Shown: positions 49,853-61,939, numbered from the stretch's first letter. The stretch: 64,000 nucleotides of DNA from Epiperipatus broadwayi (GCA_028023455.1 JAQFVV010000010.1:1364001-1428000); one strand, 5' to 3'. Translations and numbers: made by a program. Notes: generated by a model not told the origin, from the sequence alone.

Positions 49853-52669
49853 TGAGGGTATTTTTGAAGCTTGTTAAGAGTTTGTTTTTAACTTACTCTA
49901 TATATAATACTTAATAGTAATATAAAGTTTTAGCATAATATATAAACACATGTGATACAATCCTATTAACATATCTACATGTTTAAAATTGTATAATCTT
50001 TTTTATTAACAGATTGTGAATGAACTGTATTGGAACTAAATTTAAAGTTAGACATATTGGCATCTTGCAATAAAATGGTAATGGAGTAGAGAACCAGATA
50101 ATCATTTGCTTAATGGCAAATGTATCTTAAAATAGTCCTTAATAGAAAACTAAATATCTAACCATGTTCATCATCTTGTAATACACTTTAAATGGAATGA
50201 AATGTTAAAACTTGGATTTAAATATGAAAGTTGAACCTAGTTCGGGAATGGTACTTTTGTTTAAACCATGTTGCTCACTTATCTATTCTCCAAATATTTT
50301 TTTGATGTTTAATTACTACAACAGTCTAAAGTTTTCTGGATAAATACTTATGTATTGAACAATTATTATTAAAAATGAATTTTAACAGTATTGAATTTTA
50401 TCTTAGTCTGAAAATAAAACTTTTATTGGATAATTATTGTTTAAATACATTTTGTAAACTAATGAATTTATATTCATAAATATTGAGAGAAAAGTTATAA
50501 TTTATGAATGCTATCCCTTAAGAGATTAAAAACTATGACCCATACTTAGGAAATAAAACAACTTATTGTGATTCTCTGGGATAATTTTAACTCACTATTA
50601 GTGGATTAAAGGGATTATATATTTTATTCCACACTATGATTGTATTGTATTTTAAAGCTCAATCTTCATTATTAATTACTCTATTCTAAGGATTAAAATT
50701 TGTTTCACCAATCTATTAGGATTTTACCAGAATAAATATTTTGAACTTCTTAAGGTTGGATTAATTTTCAACTATAAAGATATAGTATATTTCTCATATT
50801 TTTTTAATTGTTATATCTATAGTTATCTTGTTCGGTGAAAGTTTTCCAAGGAACAAGGTATAATAAAATAATATACAGGTAGTATATGAAATGTACAATT
50901 ATAATTACATATAAATGTGTTATTGACTTCTTATACTACAGAGACTGGTTGTTAGTATTTAAAGTTAATTAATAATGGTTTATAATTAAGATATATTTAA
51001 TATTTAATTGATCTATTATTTTAATCCTGTTTCTACAATAAAAACTATCTAAAGCATATAATTTAAATATTATAAATATACCCTTATTTATCCACATGGC
51101 AACACTCAAGATTTTATAAAAATTATAATGCTTATTCAATTATACTTGTGACATTGATACTTGTATCACTGAGTTAAATTCCTGACAATATTTTATTATC
51201 ATTTTATTCATAATGTGAGCTTGATAAGACTCTTATGGAATGCTACCAGTTCCTATTGGAATCAGAATCATTAAAGCCATGTTTTAGAAACAATATTATA
51301 AGTTGGGTTAATGTTTTCCTCTTATATGAAATAACTACATTTAAATTCAGATACCTAAAAGAAATGTGTCTTATTATTTAATTAAAGATATGATAAAACA
51401 TTCTTTTGTTATTATTCATAAGTAAGTTCTTTGAATAGATCTTAATAATTCTCTTCAATAAATTGTATTGCTTTATATCATATCAAGTTATATCACACAT
51501 TCAGATATCACAAGAATTTTCATAATCACTGTAGAGAACTTGTTATTATTGTTATTTTGTTTATTTAAAATATTTTTTATTCTTTATTGTTAATAAGTTA
51601 ATTATCTGGTCTTTGTCTTTAATTAGGTAATACTCATCAACTACTAATTTTATAAATAAATATTTGTCACATGATTTTATAATTATTATGCATTATTTAA
51701 AAGGCTTACTGTTTTATGAGAGATGTTGTTCTATATTTTATACACTTACACCATCTTCATCTCAATATTTTGTTGGTTAAGATATAAATTGAGTATAATA
51801 AAATGTGCATTGTTATTTCATCATATCAATAATAATAATTTATAATTTTAAATTTTAAGAATAGTATTTATTATATTTTAATCTTATAACATTGACATAA
51901 CTTTAAACCAAATTTATATAATATGAAAGCTTAGAACAAACTTGCTAGCCCAAATATATGAATGTTATAGGATTTATTTATTCTTGGATAGTAGAACTCT
52001 GAGAAATTATTGTGATTAGTTATAAATACACATCTGTATAGTGCATCCTTAAAATAAATATTTGTTTATTATAAAGAATCTTGTAAAGTGACCATCCAAG
52101 TCTTTTAAACTGTTAAGCTCAACCTTATTTGATCGGTATATTTTTATCATATATTTTTAGTCAGTTACAATTTGGCATCGCAAACACATATATAATTAAA
52201 TTGATTATTAAAATTATAAAATTACATGCAGTTTCTTTCTTCAATTCAGTTAAAATTTTGATGTGACCTTAGATAATGATTATTTTATAATCCTTATAAT
52301 AATTAATGAACATAAAATTTAAATATTATCTTGGAACTTTCATAACTGCAATATAAGGTGTTTAATGTGTATATGTTTAAAAAGATATAGCATTCCATAT
52401 ATAAGTTATATTAAAAAAAATATTTATTAATGATAATACTAATTAATTTTATTGGTGCAGTCTATAAAATATTTGTTTCTAGGACAATCAAAGAGGATAG
52501 TCAAGAGGTAGATGTTTATGTAATATTCAGATTGATATTAAAAATTGTACTGCTTATTTACTTATTTATATTACAATTGTTTATTTATCTTATTTAAAGT
52601 ACAAGTTTTTACTAACATTTATCTCTAAGTATGATTAATACTACTGATAATTTTTTGGTGGATCTGAAA

Positions 52670-54800
52670 GTAGTATAGACCAAAATGCTACACAACAAAT
52701 TTTGCAGATGCTTAGTAAAATGCAACCTGATTCAGACACTAAATATAATGCCTCGCAATCTGATTTTAAAGAATTAAATGATGAATTTGAAGTTTTTCAT
52801 AATAATATTAAAGAATTAAATGTTAAGTTTGATGCTTCTAGAGTTGATTCTAATATTAAATATAAAGCTTCTAAAGATGGCTTTGAAAACTTTAAAAATC
52901 AATTCGAAGAATTTAAGATAAATTGTGAACAATCTAGAATAGATTCTGATATCAAATTAAATGAAATAAGATTAATCTTGAGACTTATAAAATTGAATCA
53001 GATATTAAATTTAATGCTAGAAAAAAAATGTAATGAATCTATTCATGAGTGGAATGATCATTTAAAATGTGTGAATAACAGATTAGATAATGTGGAATTT
53101 AAGTGTAATATTTTTTTTTTTTTTTTGATGAATTCAATGAAGTAGAGGAAAACAATAAAAATTTAAAAGAAACAATAGAACTATATCAAAATAATTTTAA
53201 AATAGAATTAAAGAAAGTAAATAAAGACTTTCAAATCAAAACCAAAACAGAGCTAGATGACGTAAAAATAGAAATTGAGAAATAAGTAAATCAGAGTTAA
53301 AGGAAATTCATAAATCTCAAACTAAATCTTGAGGAGAAACAAAAAATTACAGAAATATATAAAAGAAATAAATGAAAAATATCAAAGCTAGTCTGAACAA
53401 ATATATCTGAGAAGTTGGAGAATTTTAAAAGAGAAATATAAAGTAAACACTACCTAGATGAACAGATGAAATATATGGAGGAAATAGTAGAACAAATAAA
53501 TATAAATGACCAAATTCAAGAATTAAAACAAAAACTGCATGAACTACAAATTCTTAATAATAATAAAACTTTAGATAAATTAGAGACTAGTGTTAAAAGT
53601 AATTAGAATGATGACAGGGATAAATATGCACCAGATAATTTAAATATGGAATTTAACAAATTTAATCCTAGTCATAATAAAAATAAATATCCTATTGAAT
53701 ATTTACATAGATTAAAAGAATTGCTTGAATTGAACCAATTAAATGAAAAAGAGAAATTAGCTATTGCCAGTAACCATAAATATGCTTTTGGCAAAAGATT
53801 TATGGCAATTACTTTTTGATAAACTAAAACATGGTAATTTTAAGAACCTTATAATATCCAGCTTTTGGAGTGAAAACCACCAATATAATATAAAATACCA
53901 TTCTCTCATGAAAAATATAATGCTAGTAGAAGTTACACTCAATTTTTCAGAATCCAGGCTGCTAAATTAAATACTTTAACTGTATTTCCTCTGTCTGAAT
54001 ATCAAATAGTAAGAATTATCACACAACTTATCTAGGCATATCAAGCAAACCTTAATTAATGCTGATAGGCACACCATAGAGGAAATAATTGAAATATTAG
54101 ACATCTAGAAATGAATAAAAAAACTTCAGAAAATAAATACAAACATAATAAAAAATCCTCTCATTACTCAATATCTAATGTAAACTTAACTGAAATGAGA
54201 AACATCTCAAAATAAATTATATAATAGGAATAGAAGTCATCATATAGGGAGACAATATCGTTATATAAATGCTAATGTAAATATTGGTATGATTAAATAA
54301 TCAGTTAGAAATACTGGTGGCACAGGAAATTATCCTGCAGATGAAGTTCAAAATACTTCTATACAAATATTAGGAGCTAAAACACAAACGTGTATTAAAT
54401 AAAAAAAAAAAGGATCTTTCCAAATTAAAAGATGGGTTATGAGATACTTAAAATGCATGATCTTTAAAGCCCATGCCATGTTTGTAATACAAGTATATGT
54501 TTATATTAAAGAAATGACTTGTTAGTTTTACAGTTAAAAAAGAATTGCCATTATAAGAATAAATAAGCTTATGTTTAATAAAGCAATTGAAAGACTTTTT
54601 TGCAATAATAAGCTATATTTTGAAGAAATATTTTAGTAAATAATATAGAGAAATAGAGTGTTTATACATTCCTGGATTACATGTTGGAAATTTAAGTGAG
54701 ATAATTAGTTTGTATTAGAAATAATAATGTATATTAAAAGCTTTCCCTTTTCCTATAAAACAAGTTAAGATTAATTAAAAAGATCTAAACTTAATAATTA
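52670..54800 (+). mobile_element. Gypsy-type gag (coiled-coil) remnant related to the element at 45 kb
   Basis: Heptad-rich ORF 52702-53145; 53215-53400 aligns with 45120-45300, and 54600-54780 resembles 48720-48880. Confidence 0.5.
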
Positions 54801-55574
54801 TAAGTTGATAATTTTAGCAATACTAATATAGTTAAAGTGTTTGTAATTTTAGACTAGAGTTCATAAAAACTTATTTTTAAAGGCCAAGAATTTTTTTTTT
54901 TGTTACGGAAGGACAAAATATAATGAAATTTAATATATGAATTGCCAATAATAATCATAATTTAAAAATATTTTATTGGTTTATAAATATTATTACTATT
55001 ATTTCTTATAACATCATTATTACCATTGCTGCAAATAACAATATTAAATTTATATTATTAATATTACTTTATATGAGAAATTATTAAACTAATCCATGAT
55101 GGTGTCTCATATATATTTTATAATTACAGTGCTTTTTAATATATGTATGAAATTTCTTTTTATCATGGTTTATATTTAGATTAAAATATTCATACTCATA
55201 AAATTAATTTTAAAACAGCAATACATAGAATAAAAAGGTATAATACTAACAATAATAATAAATTATATAAAAATAGTATCAGTATAGTAATAACATTATT
55301 ATTGTACATATATAAATAAAATTACAATGAATAATGACAGAAAGTTTTAACATAATATTTAAATATATATGTGTGTACAAATAGTTCTAGTTCTTAAATG
55401 TATCTAAATTTGAAAAGATATAATAACAAAATATTTAAATAAATTTATTAATATTGGCAATAATATATTGATTATAATGAAAACTTAAAAATAAAGTAAA
55501 ATCATTTATTTTAATATTTACAATATACATATTTGTTTGTAAAATAATATGTACTTTATTTTTATTAATTAATA

Positions 55575-55875
55575 TAATATATAGGGTATATGAGCACAGA
55601 CTTTCACACGACCCATCACTCTCCACACTATCTCATAACACTGATATATGTTGAAAAGATAAAAATCACCAATATGTAATAACAGAAATACACAGGCAGT
55701 AATCTGGACCAACTGATGATTGCTGGTTTAGCATGAAATATGTATATTGGTGATTATTTATCTTTTCAACATATATGTGTTCAAGTGTATCAGTGTTATG
55801 AGATAGTGTGGAGAGTGGTGGGTCGTGTGAAAGTCTGTGCTCATATACCCTATATATTACATATATAGACACAGG
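55575..55875. mobile_element. Fold-back hammerhead element, family B (superficially MITE-like)
   Basis: Inverted arms 55575-55675 and 55744-55859, with a hammerhead motif spanning the spacer and the start of the right arm. TSD not resolved. Confidence 0.72.
55708..55751 (+). ncRNA. Minimal type I hammerhead ribozyme, family B, near-intact
   Basis: ACCAA CTGATGA T TGCT GGTTT AGCA T GAAA TATGTA TA TTGGT: 5-bp helix I, intact core, 4-bp helix II, very short helix III. Predicted cleavage after A55746. Confidence 0.78.
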
Positions 55876-57328
55876 TATATAATTTTATGCCTGTGTGTTT
55901 CAGTTATTAATTAATATAGTAAAATATTTAAAATATTTTGAAATATTATTTTGTCATTTTAAAATAACTTCATTACAAATTCGGTGCTACAAATTCTTAC
56001 AACTTCTAAAGATCAGCTGCTTCATATTGATTCTGGCAGCAATGATAAAATTTTCTCATAAAATGCAGAAAGAGTTAAAAATTTTAAGAAAAAAATGATC
56101 TCATTCATTATGTATTGCAATCCCATAAATACATCTGTGTTCAAAATTGTTTAGTCTTCTTTATTAACAGATTGCATGTGAACTGAATTAGGCTTAAATT
56201 TAAAATTAGTATTATCGGCATCTTGCAATAAAATGATAATAAAGTAGAGAACCAGATAATCATTTGCCTTAATGACAAATGTTCTTTGAAACTGTCCTTA
56301 ATAGAGAACTAAATATCTAACCATCTTCATCATCTTGTAATGCATTTTAAATGGAATGAAATTATAAAACTAGGATTTAAATGAGAAAGTTGAAAGTAGT
56401 TCAGCAATACTACTTTTGTTTAAATCATATTGTTCACTTATCTACTCTCCAAATATTTTCTTGATGTTATAATTATTACCACAACTTATTTTTCTGGATA
56501 AACATCTACATATTGCACAATTATCGATAAAAATGAATTTTATCTAATAAATTTTTTCTTTGTCTGGAAAAAAAATTATATTAAATAATTACAGTTAAAA
56601 TGAATTTTTTAACTAATGGGATTTACCTTCATAAATATTTAGAGAAAAGTTATAATTTATGAATGTCATCCTTTAATAGATTAAGAACTATGTTCCATAC
56701 TTAGAAAATAAAACTTATTGAGATTCTCAGGGATAAATTTTAACTTACTATTGGTCAATTCAAAAAAGTATTTATTCCAAAACTAGTAAATAAAACAACT
56801 TAGTCTAAATTAATATATTTACATTAGTCTAATTTTGGAATATTTTAAACTCACTATTATTGGATGGTATTTAAATCTCAATCTTCATTATTAATTACTC
56901 TATTCTAAGGATTAAAATGTTTCACCCATTCATTAGGATTTTACAACTTAAAATGTTGAAAGATTTACTCATTTTCAAATATTTTCAAAGACTGTGCAAG
57001 AATAAATATTTTGAATTTTTTAAGACTTTGAATAAATTTTAAACTATAAGGATATATTATATTTCTCATATTTGTTTATCATATTTAGTTATCTTGTTCT
57101 GTGAAAGTTCTCATAAGAAGCAAGGTATAATAAAAAATGTAGATAGTATTTGAAATTTATGATTACAATTTAGTATAAATGTGTGTTATTGATTCTTTTT
57201 ATTATGGAAACTGATTGATATTTAAAGTTAATTAATAATGGTTTATAATTAAGATATATTTAACATTTTCTTTTATTGATCTATTATTTAAATCCTGTTT
57301 CTACAATAAAAATAAAAACTATCTAAAG

Positions 57329-57821
57329 CAGGGGTGGGCAATTGTTTTGGCTCGGGGGCCACATAGGTTGGTGGAGGGCCACATCGGAGGCCACTTTGTG
57401 GAAGCGAAGGTTAACGGAGGGCCGCATCTTTTTTCATGACACAATAAACACTCTGCTTTATTCCCTGTATTACCAAAGAAATATTTTTTTGTCCATTCTT
57501 CATTAAACACATGACATTCATTACCAATTTTACATTTTTTTGGAGCATTCATGGTTTCACAAAAGTTGGAAATATATATATTTGCTAATGCAAAGACAAA
57601 ATTGAAATTAATCAGATCAACTGGAAAATCACTGCACATCGTATCTACAGCGCATGTATATTGATGTGGCCATTCTAGTGGAAAATATGAGATGAATATT
57701 CGGTCATGCAATAGAAAGGAAATCCCAGTCCAAGGTGGATTTTTCTGATTGTCTTGGAGGGCCGCATAAAAAGTCTTAGCGGGCCACATGTGGCCCTTGG
57801 GCCGCTATTTGCCCACCCCTG
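57329..57821 (-). mobile_element. hAT (Buster/Charlie/SPIN-type) non-autonomous element, 493 bp
   Basis: Perfect 13-bp TIR CAGGGGTGGGCAA, 8-bp TSD ATCTAAAG with central TA, GGGCC(A/G)C subterminal motifs and a transposase start fragment MNAPKKCKIGNECHVFNEEWTKKYFF..CLLCHE. Empty site at 51047-51054. Confidence 0.93.
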
Positions 57822-58148
57822 ATCTAAAGCATATAATTTAAATATTATAAATATTACCCTTATTTATCCACATGGTAACTCTCAAGATTTTATAAAAATT
57901 ATAATGCTTATTCAATTATACTTGTGACACTGATACTTGTATAAATATTATTTAGTAGAGTTAAATTCCTGACAATATTGTATTATCATTTTATTCATAA
58001 TGTGAGCTTGGTAAGACTCTTATGGAATGTCACTAGTACCTATTGGAATCAGGATAATTAAAGCCATACTTTAGAAAGAATATTATAAGTTGGGTTAATG
58101 TTTTGCTCTCGTATAAAATAATTAAATTTAAAATCAGATATCTAGAAG

Positions 58149-58481
58149 GTTTGCAGTCTCTCAGTTTAATTTCAAATACTGTTTGCGCTTTATAAATTAA
58201 ATATTATTTACATACGTTACTGCAAGTTATAACATCTAAAAACTACTGCATAGTAAATCGTAGGATTTCATGCTGTATGTTTGTAATTTAAACTCAGTGA
58301 ATTAAATGTGAATATGTGTGAAGATTCACGCTTTCAAATCTAAGTACTTCAGATTGGCTTGGATATAAAGAAAGACAAGTAAAGAGGAAAGTGGATACCC
58401 TCTTCTTGTTAAATTCTCTGTCTTGTATTTACAATTTGATCGCTATTAATAACACCTGAGGTTTGCAGTCTCTCAGTTTAA
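58149..58481. mobile_element. Unclassified 333-bp insertion with 21-bp terminal direct repeats
   Basis: GTTTGCAGTCTCTCAGTTTAA at 58149-58169 and 58461-58481; TCTAGAAG duplicated on both flanks; absent from the paralogous site at about 51354-51361. Confidence 0.7.
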
Positions 58482-60689
58482 TCTAGAAGAAATGTGTCTT
58501 ATTATTTAATTAGAAATACAATAAAACATTCTTTTGTTATTATTCATAAATAAATCCTTTGAATAGATCTCAACAACTCTCTTCAATAAAGTGTATTGTT
58601 TTGCATCACATCAAGTTATATCACACATTTAGTTATTAATAAAGTAGGAATTATTTTCTTTATTAGAAACATCCCAAGAATATTTATAATCACTGTGGAG
58701 AACTTATTATTATTTCATTTATTTAAAATATTTTCTATTCTTTATTGTTAATAAATTAATTATATATTTTGCTAATTATCTGGTCTTTGTCTTTAATTAG
58801 GTAAACAAATATTTGTCACATGATTTATAATTATTGTGCATTATTTAAAAGGTTTACTGTTTTACAAGAGATGTTGTTCTATATTTTATACACTTACACC
58901 ATCTTCATCTCAATATTTTGTTGTTTAAAATATAAATTGAATATAATAAAATACCTTTTGCTATTTAATCATATCAATAATAATAATTTATAATTTCAAA
59001 GATTTAAAATTTAAGAATAGTATTGATTATATTTTAATCTTATAACATTGAGATAACATTAAATCACATTTATATAATATGAAATCTTAGAACAAATTTG
59101 CTAACCCAAATATATGAATGTTATACGATGTATTTATTCTTGGAAATCCATACTTATATGATAAGTTATAGTAGATCCCTCCAAAATTATTGTGATTAGT
59201 TATAAATACACATCTACATAGTGCGCAATCTTAAAACACATATTTGTTTATTATAAAGAATCTTATAAAGTTACCTTCCAAGTGTTTTAAAAAGTTAAGC
59301 TCAATCTTATTTGGTGGTATAAATGGTCTGAGTTGTCTTTATATATTTTTGGGCAGTTATAATAATAAATACGATTTTCCAGATTTTAAAATAAATTTGG
59401 AACCAATCATAAAAATAATTAATATGTTAAAAAAATGTAAGCAATGTATTCAAGTGATAAAAGATAACATTCATAAGAGAGCATAAAAATATTAAATTTT
59501 ATTTATGGATCTCTCGATGCTTAGAAACTTAAAACAATAAAATGTAATCATTGCAATAAACTGGTCTTAAAAAATTAATGGATTAAAAGTTATAAGAGAA
59601 AAAAAAAAAAAATATTATTATTAAGTTACACCATGTTTAAAGGAAATGCAAAACATTAAAATGTAATCAATTATGTTATAAAAAAATATTAAAAGATATA
59701 AAAATTTAAAAGTTAAACAATTTTTATTTTAAGATTACTTCATACTTAAAGAGGGTGTAAACCATGAAAATTTAAAATTGTGTTCCAGACAATTTGCAGA
59801 AAATAATGATCACTATATGGAATAAATAATTTATGTACAGTATATGTAACTTGTTATAATACATATATTAAGTTAAAATCTGATATGTTCATCATTATTT
59901 ATAAAAAATATTGATATATTTCAATAAAAAGGGTCTCTAGTTGTTTCCTTTTATCATGGTGTACAATTGTGAAACATCCAATCCATTACCATAGATTACA
60001 AAGACATCAATCTGATCAACAAGTTCAGAACAACTCATGATAGCCATGCTTAAATGCTTTAGAAATAGAACTGCCTCTGATATATTTAGTTGTGGCCAAA
60101 TGCAAACTTTTAATTATATACTTAATGATTGTCTAATCTATGCATACAATGGCAAAATTTAAATATTTAATAAAGCAATGATGAATCTGCTACCTCTGAT
60201 TTGTATTTACAAAAATGCCATTATATTTGTGAACAGTAAATTACCTAAAAAAAATTCATATATTAATTACAAAAATAATGAATATTTAACTAAATGTGTT
60301 ATTAACAAATGAGTTAATAATATGCTATAATTATTAATTTTTAATGTAAAATGTTATGTACAATTTTAAATTGCATTGTAACTTTCTATATAATGCTCAA
60401 ATTAAATAAGTAATAAAATACATTTTAGCTAACTAACATAATATGTTTTGTGATATGTGTATTGAATATTTTTTTAATTTTGCTGAATAAAAAAAACAGC
60501 TATATTACATCCAATGATACTAAATGATAGAAATTATAGTGATTAATTCTATTGTTTATAAAAAATGTTAAAGATAGCCAACATGACAAAGTATTGTACA
60601 AATAGACAAATTTCAGGCCATTACCACAAATAATGCCTAGAGTAGAAATATACTATCAGTTTATTACAAGTAACAACTGATTGTGAAGT

Positions 60690-60802
60690 GTCAAGCGTTG
60701 TTAGCCGAGAGGTCATCGCACCCACCTTGCAAGCAAGTAGTTGGTTGCAGACGGGTGTGGGTTCGCGTCCCGGCCGATGCTATGACATATGGAAAAAAAA
60801 AA
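60690..60802 (+). mobile_element. tRNA-derived SINE, full-length copy (~113 bp)
   Basis: A box TTAGCCGAGAGG, B box GGTTCGCGTCC, A12 tail and 15-bp TSD AACTGATTGTGAAGT (60675-60689, 60803-60817). Confidence 0.9.
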
Positions 60803-61489
60803 AACTGATTGTGAAGTATTTTGAAACAAACGAATAGCACTTAATGAAAAGTATTTATACCAATAGATGAAAACTATTAAAATGAACAATTCTGAACAAG
60901 ACTGTTTTGAGATGGATTTATTTAATAAACAACAAAACTTGATAATGATGTGCATAGTTATTATAGTTGTGTGCAGAATAGGTTATATTGAAAAGAGTGT
61001 GGCATCACAATAATGCACACACACACTTATAAATGTTTACTAATAAGTAAAACTAAAAGTATTTTAATTAATCTGTATAAAGATAACTGCAATTATGGAA
61101 AACTAATTAGAATGTGTTGCTAAAAAAGTATTAACTAAAAATAGCAACAGTAAAAAATACAAAGCACAATAAATCAAAACTATTAAAAAAACAAATCAAC
61201 CTAACGATAAGAGAGGCCAGCATTGTGGAAAAAGAAGAAGGACCTGAAATGAGCTTCATACCCAGTTAAATCCCTGCTAAAGGAGAATCTAGGCCAACTT
61301 AGAGGCCAGCCTCAGTCATTATTTTTTAGTATGCCTAAGGGTTTGTGTTTAATGTCAAAAGTAAATAATTAGTAATTAAATGTACTGCCAATACACTGTG
61401 CTCCGAGAGTCTTTTTCATTTATAATATGTTGAGCCAAACTCTTAGTTATAGCCATCATTGTATTAATTGTATTGAAAGTCAGAACATT

Positions 61490-61810
61490 AATTGGCATAG
61501 ATGGACAATCTAGTGTAAAACCTGGTAATAATTTGTATTGAAATTGTCAGAGCACAAATAATCAGTGGGTTGAAATTAAAAGCTAAACAATGTGTAAGTA
61601 TATTAAAACTGTTGATAGGCAAGCTGTTAGTGAGAAATATGGAAACATAGCTAGGGATAGATGAATTTAACTTAATACCTCCCACCAAGTATTCTATATA
61701 CACAAAATATAGATATTTTATTGTTAATAAAATTAAAGATGATGTAACAAATTGCCAAACAACTTCTATTCGCATGACCGAGAATAACTGAGGTTGCAAA
61801 CAGGCTATAT
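61490..61810 (-). pseudogene. Possible LINE (L1/Tx1-like) RT fragment
   Basis: CLQPQLFSVMRIEVV...GGIKLN..VSIFL loosely follows the RT region CPLSPLLF..IE..GI.L. Weak. Confidence 0.25.
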
Positions 61811-61939
61811 AAACCCAAAGATCCCGAAAGTCTAACTTATATAGAATTAGTTATGCAACTTAATAAACACTTTAGTCTTGAGCCATCAAAACACATAGTT
61901 TGCCTTTACTTGCAAAATAGATCTCAAGTTAGGAGGGAA

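Larger units (their letters stand above)
49447..49906. mobile_element. Fold-back hammerhead element, family A-related, recent
   Basis: Near-perfect inverted arms (49505-49683 vs 49731-49906, one mismatch seen), a duplicated ~36-bp segment at 49691-49726 and 13-bp TSD ATACTTAATAGTA (49434-49446, 49907-49919). The empty site lies at about 43696-43708. Confidence 0.9.
49060..52170. repeat. Diverged repeat unit, copy 2
   Basis: 49960-52170 is colinear with 56110-59380 once insertions in the latter are removed. Confidence 0.8.
55900..59380. repeat. Diverged repeat unit, copy 3
   Basis: Colinear with 49960-52170 and 44050-44460; carries two extra insertions. Confidence 0.8.

Noticed and set aside
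55575-55859. Classical TA-flanked MITE
   Set aside because: The spacer contains a hammerhead core homologous to 29261-29304 and the arms are asymmetric, so it was reinterpreted as a ribozyme fold-back element.
59937-60107. ~57-codon open frame on the minus strand
   Set aside because: Weak splice acceptor, no recognisable motif, and no neighbouring exons.
60690-60802. Functional tRNA gene
   Set aside because: Poly(A) tail, TSD, non-canonical T loop (TTCGCGT), no clear anticodon arm, and a second truncated copy indicate a SINE.
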